In this document: one piece after another, positions 1 to 9,646 of the stretch
Numbering within the stretch: the first letter of the stretch is position 1
How the letters are laid out: every line of letters starts with the position of its first letter
Source of the DNA: Elsinoe ampelina
Lineage: Eukaryota
NCBI GenBank assembly: GCA_010093995.1
Contig: ML992505.1
Coordinates: 1,470,670-1,534,669 of the forward strand
Length of the DNA stretch: 64,000 bases
Reading direction: 5' to 3'
The notes under the pieces: generated by a model
What the model saw: the letters and a program-made list of their open reading frames with translations, nothing else
Told to the model about the DNA's origin: nothing
The model's database searches: none
Program-made: the position numbers and the translations under genes

Positions 1-362
1 TAAGCTAGTCTATTTATATAAACAATAGCTGCCTAGCTATTGTTAATAGTTACTATTGTTGCTAGCAATTATAAGCTAAACTAATAGTAAATTCTTACTA
101 ATAATTAGCTAACACTAATAATCACAAGCAATTATAAAGAGATAAAGTAATAAGCTAATTACTTTACTTACATATAACAGGACAGTTCTCTAGCTTTAGC
201 AATCTATACTAGAGAGGGAGTGTTGTAATAGAAGGCTGGTATAGCTTCTCTAGTACTAAAGAACTGGTACTAATAAGTTAGCGCACGCACAGTAGATAAA
301 TCGGTTATTGTAACTCTCTGAATGAAACACACGTCTCTCGATCCGATTTGCTAGTTACAACA
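1..362 (+). mobile_element. 3' end of a RIP-like degraded LTR retrotransposon (probably Ty1/copia): internal remnant, polypurine tract and 3' LTR
   Basis: 1-210 is very AT- and TpA-rich. The purine tract AGAGAGGGAG (211-220) directly abuts TGTTGTAA (221-228), whose exact reverse complement TTACAACA lies at 355-362. Possible mutated copia RNase H motifs: att-tat-ata-aac-aat (IYxDN-like, ~12-26) and gct-aat-tac-ttt-act (ADxFT-like, ~154-168). Confidence 0.75.
221..362 (+). repeat. Long terminal repeat (142 bp, TG...CA, 8-bp terminal inverted repeat)
   Basis: TGTTGTAA...TTACAACA termini with a PPT immediately upstream; the partner LTR is outside the window. Confidence 0.7.
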
Positions 363-598
363 ACTTGATCTTCAAGGCTAGCATTACCAGGACACGAAGT
401 GTAGGAGCATTCATATCGGTGCAAATCTAGCTTAAGCATGTGCTGCATCAAAGTTCATCCACGTCGTCCCTACCGCCGCGTCTGATCGTTGTTGGAGCGA
501 CAGCCCAGCCGATTCCTCCCTTATTGCATGGGCCTTCTTCTATCTGATCCATCCTTCCATCCATCATCTCCCTACACCAGTCTTCGTTGTGGTCGTGT

Positions 599-1436
599 CT
601 AAGACCTAGAAGCCTTACTGGGAGTCTTCTTTGAAGCCGCTTTGGACTGCTTGCCCTTCTTTGGAGTCTTCTCAGGGCTACCAGTAGTACGTCGGGCACG
701 AGAGGAGGACGCACCTCGCTCGATGTCCACATGTGTGATCTTCGGAACGTCAGGCTGGAGAGAGTTGCGAGAGTAGGCAAACTTACAACATGAAGCTCAC
801 GTTCCTTGATGTCCTCCCAATGAAGTCCAGCAATGTACAGAGTCTGGCACAGCTTGACCGTGTTTGACTCATCTGCATCCTCTTTACGTAGATCCTTCGC
901 GATGATGATGCCATTGGGATCTGCCTCCTGGCCAATGACGTGTGAGATTTGTGCGACTTCGACAATGTCCAACCAGTCGCTCAGGACCACAGAGGTCTCG
1001 TCGAGGGTGTAGATGTTGTTGGTGCGGAAGCGGAGCTTTTTGGGGCTTGCATCGTTGTCGATATCTTCCAGAGCGGCACCCCAGCAGACGCAGAACCTTA
1101 TGTCCTTCTTGCCATTGTCGCTGGTGAATTCGCGGATGGCGCAGACCTTGGCAAACTCAACACCATGCTTCCGCAACTGGGCGTATTGCAGGACGACTCA
1201 ATCCCCGACGTGGACGATAGTGTCGGACTGCTCGGTTCCAGCACTACCACCGGTAGCTTCGCGGACTACTCTTGTTAGGAACGCATTAACGTGTATGGCC
1301 GGCGCTTACCGATGGCGGAAGCATGGGCGTTCCCCTTTTCCCAGGCTGTGAAACCATTCTTCTCCTGTCTGGTCTCTTTTACCTCCCATCGGAGCACAAG
1401 ATCGTTCTGAATTCTGGTTGCCACCACTTGCGGCAT
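599..1436 (-). pseudogene. BAH-like domain paralog A; in-frame TGA at the conserved Trp (VGD*V); basic TPKK/SKK tail
   Basis: ATG 1436; introns 1266-1309 (phase 1) and 740-786 (phase 0). TGA at 1198-1200 where paralogs have GDW. Motifs EFAKVCAIR, FCVCWG, VVLSDWLDIV. Last exon reads ITHVDIERG...SPEKTPKKGKQSKAASKKTPSKASRS*. Confidence 0.75.
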
Positions 1437-2759
1437 ATTACTGATGGGTAGCGTAATTGTGGGTAACGGTGATTGAATAGGCAGATGTGAAAAGGAATGT
1501 AGGAAGAGATCAGAGTGTTATATTTTATGTTGAAGAAATTATTGCCAGAGGTAGCATGTGTGTCGTGGCCATACCTTTGTGCTGTTGGTAGCCGATGTGA
1601 TTGTTCCTGGTGCTCCTGAAACCTGACAATGGACGCGGACGGGTGAAAAGGATAGATGGCTTTACACACACCACACCCTGCATGCATAGAGTATGCTCAA
1701 GCAGCCGAAGACGGGGTCGAGCAGGATGTGACGAGATATTCCAAACCATACCGTTCCATACACAGAGGCAACCTTGGGGAGCCCATCATGCCGCTAGTCA
1801 GTGCCATTATCGTTGACCCGAGACTGGGATGTGATGAAGATCTGGGACATGAGATTATGGTATGTCGAGACACAGAGGAGTTACGATGGCCTCGAATCAA
1901 GGCTTCCTTGGTGCCCATTGTTGGCCCGTCTAGGCAATTGTCATCGATTCTATGATCATGCTGCTTGATTAGAAGGGAACCTTACGCTGGAGCGAGATCA
2001 GTCCCATGCGGAGTACGCACGTGACCCAACCCCGATCATCTCCGATGTCGGCGGGCTTTGTCATCTCTGCCTCAACTCCAAACCTCCACGTAGCAAGAAG
2101 CACTCGCAAACATCAATCTATACACCCACATAGCTGCTCAAGAATTCGTCTCTTCCATGTGCATACTCTCTCTGTCTCCGACTTCCGATCGCCTGAAGGT
2201 TCCATCAACAAGTCCCGTCTGATACGACGCCATGATATCCTACCAGCGCCATGGCATCCAGGGGGCTGTTTGACACGAGCAGTTGGGTCCCCATCAGCCC
2301 ATCAGATGCACCTTAAATCAGTCCTTCCCACCGAACTGGTAACGAATTCGTCCTGTATCAATCACTGGGGCCAAGGGCTTGTGCAGCACGCTCTTCTGCA
2401 GCTCTGATCTGACGGTCGAGGCCGTCGATGATATATGAGAAGGGGGATAGTTCTCTCTTATACTCCATCCGGGACCCGGCAGTATTTCCAGACTCCTGAC
2501 TATTCCTACTCGACCGCCTTATCGCTGTGGCCTTCTGACTACCTCTAGGGTGAGTTGCTTCACTGTTACAGATCTTATGCTCGGACTCCTCGCTATCAGC
2601 GCATAGAGCTTGACCTCCCTATGGTTGATAAGAAGATGCTATCTGTCACAAGGGCGCTCGACCGGTCTTTTCGCACCCCGATTGACAATGACACTAAGGC
2701 AGAAATGCCACTATCATCCATCCGCACGTACCATCACGCCTCTATCCCGTTTCCCTAGG

Positions 2760-4064
2760 TCACTCCTCATCCTCAACGCGTACCGGGCTCAACCTCTTCC
2801 TACTCTTCTTTCTCGGCTTCGTCTCAAGCTCGGAATGAGCTCGGAAGGTGTTGAGAGCCTCCTCCACAACGACCTCGTCATTTCCGATGACTGCGATACC
2901 TGCAGTCTCAGCATTGCGTTTAGCACGTCGGTGTGGCGTGGCGTCGTCTTCCCCATCACTGGCGACGTGCTTTCGCCCACCCTTGGTATTCGACCGCTTC
3001 GCCCGGCTCGAAGAAGTGGGTGTGGTTCGTTTGACGAGCATGCCATTGCCGTTGGCAGCACTGGCTCTGGGTGTGGAATCGCCAGTATGAGCAGACTGTA
3101 GAGGTGTCAGAACTGTGCTCCATGGAGTTCGGGTGTGGATTCTGGGTGATGGAGCATCAATTTACCTTCTTGCTCTCTGTGTTACCTCCCGAAGAAGCAG
3201 GAGTGGTGAGAGCAGTAGTGTTGGATCTCCCTATCTTGCGCACTGCCTTCTGTGGTCGTACTTGGATCTCTTCCTCGGCATCTGGCGTAATGGCAGGAGA
3301 ACCGGAAGCCTCTGACAGAGCTTGTATGTCGTCGACATCCGGTGACTTTGGACTTGGCCATTGCTTCTCGACGGTGCCGAACTGAGGATACGGTCAGTAC
3401 TCGAAATCGAAGGAGAAATCACGCTCACTTTCAATACCACCTTCTCGCTGCCCGGGAACCTATGCATTCGGAACTGATCGCAAAGTAGGATCGCTTTGCT
3501 CCTGCGACGTGGGCTACTGCTGGATGCCGTGATGACACCGTTTACGTCCCTGTCACCTTCCACCTTGGCGACGACACTCAGCGCATTGACAATCTCAAGA
3601 TGGTTGCTGAGGACGATCGAATCGTCATCCATGCCTGCATCTCTGGTCGTCGACAGCACGTCGTAGTCGTTCTGGTCGTCGTCCTTGACACTGATGATCG
3701 GCTTTCCCCAGCTGACGCAAAGAGAAAGTGCTTCCAGTCCCTCGCCACACTGGCGCACGCCCAGAACCATGGCGAAGTCTGTAGTAACCCGACCACCTTC
3801 TGCAATCCGGATTCTCAGTCCCCAACTCCGAAGGCAAGATCATCGTGGCTACCATTTGGGTGTATCTTCCGTACTGCTAGGCATGAGTACAATTCAACCA
3901 CCAACAAGAATGGACTCACTGCTCACTTGTCCTTGCACTCGTCCTCTGGTCCAGGAATCTTGTCGCCGCTTGACGGATCTCGTCTCATTGACCGACCATA
4001 CCAGAGTGCCGTTGTGCTCATTTGTCGAGACGGTCTGGTCTGGAGCGCTATCGACCGCAGACAT
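2760..4064 (-). pseudogene. BAH-like domain paralog B; frameshift at the conserved Trp codon; long disordered tail with basic NLS-like end
   Basis: ATG 4064; introns 3877-3919, 3382-3428, 3096-3165. Reads FGVGD then TGA at 3815-3817 and resumes in another frame as RIRIAEGGRVTTDFAMVLGVR..LCVSWG..IVLSNHLEIVNALSV. C-terminus KPRKKSRKR. Confidence 0.72.
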
Positions 4065-4637
4065 CCTTGACGAAGCGATTTTGCGGAGAATTGAGACCAG
4101 TGCCGAAGAACGATGCGGTGTAATGTCGCCGTTACTGATGGTATATCCAAGTGGGATGATGGTAGGGAGAAGTAGTGTCGTTGGGAAAATGGCGATGGTA
4201 AGAGGAAGCAGGGAAATTTACACCATGCGCGGGACAATCCTTCCCGAGGAAACTCTGGACCTGCTTGTTGCATGTGAGACCTCAGTCAACTGGTCTTATG
4301 CCTTACAGCAATTCAACACTAATTGGCACAAATCGTCATGGAACAATTTGATTGCTGGACGATTTTCGGGCGTGACAGCAAACACATGAGCCTCTGTCAC
4401 GATGGCTCCAGCTCCAGCTCCAGCCCTGCAATTGAGACCTTCCGCCTTTTCGAGCTCACGCTAATGCTCGTTACAGTCCACCAACTACCAAAGACCTGAG
4501 TATATTTTCTATGCTGCTGGTGTTCTATCTGGTCGGCCGCGACACGTGGGCGTCTCTGCATATGCCCCTGGCATCGCTGAATGTTGCCGGAAGCGAGCCC
4601 TGCGCCTTGTACCAAGGTGCTCTTGTCAATGACATGC

Positions 4638-5702
4638 TTATCTCCTCACGACTTCATAACTGTCCTCTTCCTCCTCGACCTCCGACGCTGGCATTGGTGC
4701 CCAGGGACGCCTGTTATGCGGGAAAGGATGGGTCAGGCTTGCGATTCTGCGACGCTGGAGCGGTCCAGAATAGTCTCTCTCCGATCCTGCATCGCTTCGC
4801 TCTGGTAGGATGGAATCTTCAGAACCCAATGCTTCAATGGCACCTCTTCCTTCGGGCTGTGTGTTATCGGCACCACTATCGTCCTCCTCCTCTTCCTCCT
4901 CCTCGTTGCCAGCGTCTATCGCTTCCTGTGTGGACTGGCGCTCTCGTCTTGGTTCCACCTCCTCTTCCTCATCTTCTGAGCCCGGCAACTCGGTGACGAT
5001 TTCGCCCAGCTGTGTCAATCAATTCTTAAACCTTCAAGGAATGGCGCGATACCCTTACATCCAGCGTCTTCGTGGCCTCGGTCCTGCGCCACACCGACCC
5101 GTAAAGCCTTCCGCAAAGCTTCACATCAGATCCGAGGTTCTCGCGAACGCAGTCCTCGACAATGATCACGTCAGAGTCTGTGTTCTTGATGCAGTCGTTC
5201 ACCTGGTGGAGGTCGATGATGTCGAACTGGTCGCTGGGGCAGACTGTCAGGCCATCGAGACTGTTGTCATCGACGAAAGCCTTGACCCCCGCTGAGTACG
5301 CATTGCGGTTGAAGACGCCAACCTCAACACCCCAGGAGACGCAGAGCTTGTAGATACGACCCCCGTCCTCGTCTGTGTATCCACGAATGCCGCAGACTTT
5401 GGCGAATTCGTGCTCTGTATGACCAAGCGAGTGATAGTGCGCCTCGATCCAGTCGCCGACAGTGATGGTGAATGCTCGGCGGTCTTGCCTGGTCTCTCCA
5501 GTTCTCACGGACTCTGTGGTGGCACGTCAGCGCAGCAGCAGGTAAGTTTGAATTCGAAGCACGCACTGGAGATACCCATCAGGCTTTGGCCGGATGTCCA
5601 AGATGCGGCTTCGTCGGCGGCTTCGTCGTCGGGCTTGTTGGTCCTTACACGCCAGGAGACACGCGAGCCATTCACGTGCGGACTGACTGTGATTCGTCCC
5701 AT
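4638..5702 (-). CDS. BAH-like domain paralog C (intact), acidic disordered tail
   Basis: ATG 5702; introns 5514-5566 (phase 1) and 5010-5058 (phase 0) join ORFs 5505-5702, 5026-5508 and 4638-5018 in frame. Motifs TVGDWI, EFAKVCGIR, LCVSWG, PSDQFDIID. The 3' end is uncertain. Confidence 0.75.
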
Positions 5703-6015
5703 GCTCTCCCTGATTATATGTGTTTGACCTTTTTTTGCAAAGTGCAGTTGGCCGTGATGGAAAATGAAGTTCCAGCTTGTAGTGGGTCAAATCAGTCAGA
5801 GCGTGGTGATGGGAGGATGGAAGTTTTGGAGGAGGAGAAGAAGCAGGGAAGAGAATGGAGAGATGATTATTATTGTGAGTCTACAAACGGGCTTCTGTCC
5901 CTGTGTCAGTCAATCTTGCCGATTCGACCTTGTTGGCCTCTTTCTCCCGCGATCTAGACGCCACATCTGTCTGCAAACGCCGCATCGTCTCCTAAGCTCC
6001 CGTTTGTCGTTGGTG

Positions 6016-7113
6016 TTAAACCCTCTGCAAACTTTCAGTCTCGTGCCGCATCACAACTCGGCGGGTCGGAAGATGGTGAGAATCGCTTGGGACCTCCGAA
6101 TAGATGCGGCCAGGTCTGCGAGTATTGCCGACCTCGCTCTGGATGGTGCCTTGCTGAGAGACAGTCAGTGGTCATGATACGTGGAAGAATGGATGGATCC
6201 ATACCGAGAGTGTCCTGTCTTTCTGCACCGCCTTGATGTTGAACCAGCGCGAGGAACAGAGTCTCACCACAGTGTTTCCCTTACCATTCTTTTTGGCCAT
6301 GTCCATCGTCTCTATGACTTCGTCGAAAGGATCTGCCGTCCGAAGGAGTGGCGAGGGTTCATCAACCACGTCTGCGACGTTGTCAAGGTAGATGATGTCG
6401 AGATGATCGGTCAGGACGATGTCATCTTTGTTGAGGTGGACTTGCCCCTGTCCTGTACCAATTTTAGCTGTAGCGTTGCTCGACATGTAGCTGAGTGGGT
6501 ATCCCCAAGAGACACACAGCAGCGTGTACATTGGCCAGCGGTCTTCGGCGCCCACCCGACGTATAGCTCGTACATTCGCGAACTCGCGGGCTTCCGGTGG
6601 TTGTCCGTGGCTCTTGTGTTCGTCTTTATAATGGACGGTGATCCAGTCGCCAATATTGATCGTGATTTCGTCTTGCTTGTATCGAACGTTCCTCCTGCCT
6701 ACCGGGACAGTCACCGCAGTGCCGGGAACTGTGACTGTTAGTATACTCTGCTTCAGTGTTTGGTTTGGAGACTTACTCGTTGCCATTGCCAGAGGTCGTC
6801 CATTGTTCCAATTCTCGCCGGTGGGTGCAGACGGATCGCTGACTGTCCATCCGAGATTCTGATTTCGATTGCCCACCGTGAAGGTCGTCACATCGCGGAT
6901 CGGGTCTGCTGGTTGCTGCTGCGTCGTTGTTGGCTGAGAGCTCTGCTGTTGAGAGGTCCGCTGTACCGCCACTGCCTGAGCTGCTCGCTGAGCTGGTGCT
7001 GCTTTGCCCTTTCGAGCTGTGCGAGTGGCTTGTTTGGTGCCCTTCTTGGTCTTCCTGGTCACTTTAGCCACACCTTTACTTGAAGTCTTCGTAGTCCTTG
7101 TTTTGGGAGGCAT
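6016..7113 (-). CDS. BAH-like domain paralog D (intact), Lys/Arg-rich N-terminus
   Basis: ATG 7113 (MPPKTRTTKTSSKG..); introns 6729-6776 (phase 1, in frame) and 6154-6204 (phase 0). Motifs NIGDWI, EFANVRAIR, LCVSWGYP, IVLTDHLDII. Confidence 0.78.
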
Positions 7114-7436
7114 GATGTTGTCGACGTAGAACAAAATCACAGGAATTGATGGTGTACTTGATGGATATGCGTTACTCGTTGGCAACGGCTCGAGATATAG
7201 GCATTCTTGCCCATACCAATAGCAATTGGCATGTCTTGAGGATGTAGCAAGCAGATGTGATGCTACCTTGTCTCGACTTACCTCCCGAAACAATTGCGAG
7301 GTCTCATGGTAGAATGTAGGGAAGAGTATCATGAAGTGCTGCTCAGCAATTGTTCATGTTGATCGTCAGCATTGCTACCCACCCAGCTCGTTCCTTCGGC
7401 CTTGATCCTGATAATAGCGGTCACAGGCACCGACCT

Positions 7437-8471
7437 TCAGATGTTTCCAGCAGCACTGGGAACCAAACCCCAAATCCTCACGGGATACAGCTCCCTCGGA
7501 AACCCTCTCTGCAACTCCGTCTTGACAATCTTGAGTCCAGCATCCTCAAAGATCTTCTCAAATTTTTCCTCAGTCCTGGTCACCGAGCTGTCCGTCTCAT
7601 CAAAGATGTCTTGGCCCAAGACATGATTGCTCAGATTCTCCTTGACCACGATGAAACCACCAGGCGACAACCAAGCAATCGACTTTGCCAGATACTCCGT
7701 CAATTGCTTATCTGTCAGCTGTCCCACACACCACTGATTCCAGATGAGGTCGTATAATTGCGTGTCCGGTATCGATTGCGCCGTGTTTTCCTCCTCGCCA
7801 TTTGCCTGTTCCACACCCTCCTCCTCTTTGTCCTGCCCATGCTCGTTCTGACCAATCCCATTCTTCCCCTCTGCTCCACCCTCCTCTCTCTCATCCGGCC
7901 TCCCCTCCTCATCAAAAGCCCTCCACCCCTCCAAACCCACCTCCCACACCCTCCCCAACCTGCCCTTCAACGCCCCCTCCCTCCCCTCCTTCCTCACCAC
8001 CTCACAAAACGACCCCACCGGCTCCACCACATCCACCCTCTTCGCCACCTTCCCAAGCAACCCCACACTTATCCTCCCTATCCCCGCCCCACAATCCACC
8101 ACCCTCCTCAACCTCTCGCTCGGCTTCGGGTACGCATCGCCTTCCTTTTGCTCTTTCCCCGCCCCCTGCCGCCGTAGTTTCGCGAGAAAGTTGGCGCTGC
8201 CTTGGATGTCCGTCCGGGAAAGAGCGGGGTAGCCTCCCAGCACGCCGGAGACGGTGGCGGGTGTGGAGGACCAGTAGGCGATGGCGTCGGAGTGGTTGAT
8301 GTGGCTGTCTGGGGCTTGGAGGTCGGGGTCGTCGAGGTCGGTGGGGGAGTCGGCGGGAGGTGTGCTGGGGTCGTTGGGGGTGGGAGGGGCGATTGGAGGG
8401 GTGGGTTTGGAGGCGGAGGAGAGGCGGGCGCGTTTTTGTTGTGGGGAGGAGGAGGAGCGGCGGGTTGGCAT
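7437..8471 (-). CDS. TAE1: Alpha N-terminal protein methyltransferase (NTM1/Tae1 family)
   Basis: GVLGGY, VDCGAGIGRI (SAM motif I), YDLIWNQWCVGQLTD, VVKEN, FDETDSSVTR, QRGFPRELYPV. Confidence 0.93.
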   Translation of the reverse strand: MPTRRSSSSPQQKRARLSSASKPTPPIAPPTPNDPSTPPADSPTDLDDPDLQAPDSHINHSDAIAYWSSTPATVSGVLGGYPALSRTDIQGSANFLAKLRRQGAGKEQKEGDAYPKPSERLRRVVDCGAGIGRISVGLLGKVAKRVDVVEPVGSFCEVVRKEGREGALKGRLGRVWEVGLEGWRAFDEEGRPDEREEGGAEGKNGIGQNEHGQDKEEEGVEQANGEEENTAQSIPDTQLYDLIWNQWCVGQLTDKQLTEYLAKSIAWLSPGGFIVVKENLSNHVLGQDIFDETDSSVTRTEEKFEKIFEDAGLKIVKTELQRGFPRELYPVRIWGLVPSAAGNI

Positions 8472-8970
8472 TTTGGGGGGTTTGATTGGATGGTTGGGAG
8501 GTAAGGGCTATGAAGGCATGATATAGAGGTCCAATGGCCGTGTTTGAGGGAGCAGAGGTTGTTTGTAGGAGGAAAGTGCGGTGACGCGAGGCGGAGGTGG
8601 AGCTTGAGGAAGGTTCGGCGGCATGAAGACTTCACTCCTTCATCTTCATTATTTTATGGCACCTACACACGACGACATCATTCGCGACTAGTGATAGTTG
8701 ACCGAAATCAGGCCTCGGACACGCCTTGTTAAGCCACAATCAATCCATGACCCTGATCGCGTCTCTGCGGTGTACCATTGTGGTCTACGCCATGCCCGCA
8801 AACCCCCGGACTCCGTAACCCCTTTGACGTTGCATTGCGCATACATACTGCAGAAGCCACCGAAGCCACTTACCCCGTGACTCACCTAGCCTATGAGCTT
8901 GTGATGTATGTCGAGATCCGAGAAGCAGTTTTCAAGTTGCCAGCACCTTCGCCTAAATCCATAGCCCACA

Positions 8971-9543
8971 ATGACTACTCCTCAGCGCGTCATTACCGTC
9001 CGTCGACTCCAAACCACAATGGCAGCTAGCTACGCCGGCATGGGAGCTTGGTGAGTCCCTCGTCTCATCTCCGGGTTGAGCTTGATACCTTTTCGATCCA
9101 TCTCGCCTCCTTCTTGTACCCCCCTGCATCGCTGTCCTCACTCCGCTCTATCCTGCGATTGTACTCTCTGCTACCTATCCTGACCAACCAGGTGCCTCCT
9201 CTTCCCCAGCACCGTCCTCTCGCTCTCCCTCCGTCCAGCTTTTCGCACGACACACCCCACCGTCATCCTTCTCATGCGCTGCTTCGGCGCTCAAGCCGCC
9301 ACCGCTGGGCTCCTGCTAGGGACTGCGCAGATGACTTCGTTTAGCTTTAAGGCTTTCTCGCTCGCCATGGTGCCGTACATCGCGGGGTTCAATGCATGGG
9401 CAGTATTGGGCGGGGGACGGGAGATGTTCACGCCTTGGATCTGGATGGATGTGATTGGGAATCTGTTCTTCATGGGAGGGAGCTGGTGGGCTGGTGAGGT
9501 CTTGGGAGGAGTGGAGAAGGCGCAGGGAGGCAAGGCCAATTAG
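8971..9543 (+). CDS. Small multi-pass membrane protein, unknown function
   Basis: ATG 8971 (or 9019); intron 9051-9191 (GTGAGT..CTGAC..CAG) joins exon 1 in frame to the hydrophobic ORF LMRCFGAQAATAGLLLG... Confidence 0.7.
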
Positions 9544-9646
9544 CATTTGAGATCGCATCGCTCACGGCTGGTCTTTCGGGCGCTGAAGATAAGTAAGGAA
9601 AGAGTGTCTGGATTCTGCAGCTGTACTGGTATGGATTTCACTATGC

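Noticed and set aside
448..739. C-terminal part of ORF 448..1176 as listed in the ORF track
   Set aside because: It reads through a clear intron (740-786); the spliced frame ends at 599 with a basic tail.
7758..8635. Long Pro/His-rich and Gly-rich overlapping ORFs (also at 19596-20961 and 32206-33127)
   Set aside because: Antisense or alternate-frame shadows of real genes, produced by extreme C/G skew that removes stop codons.
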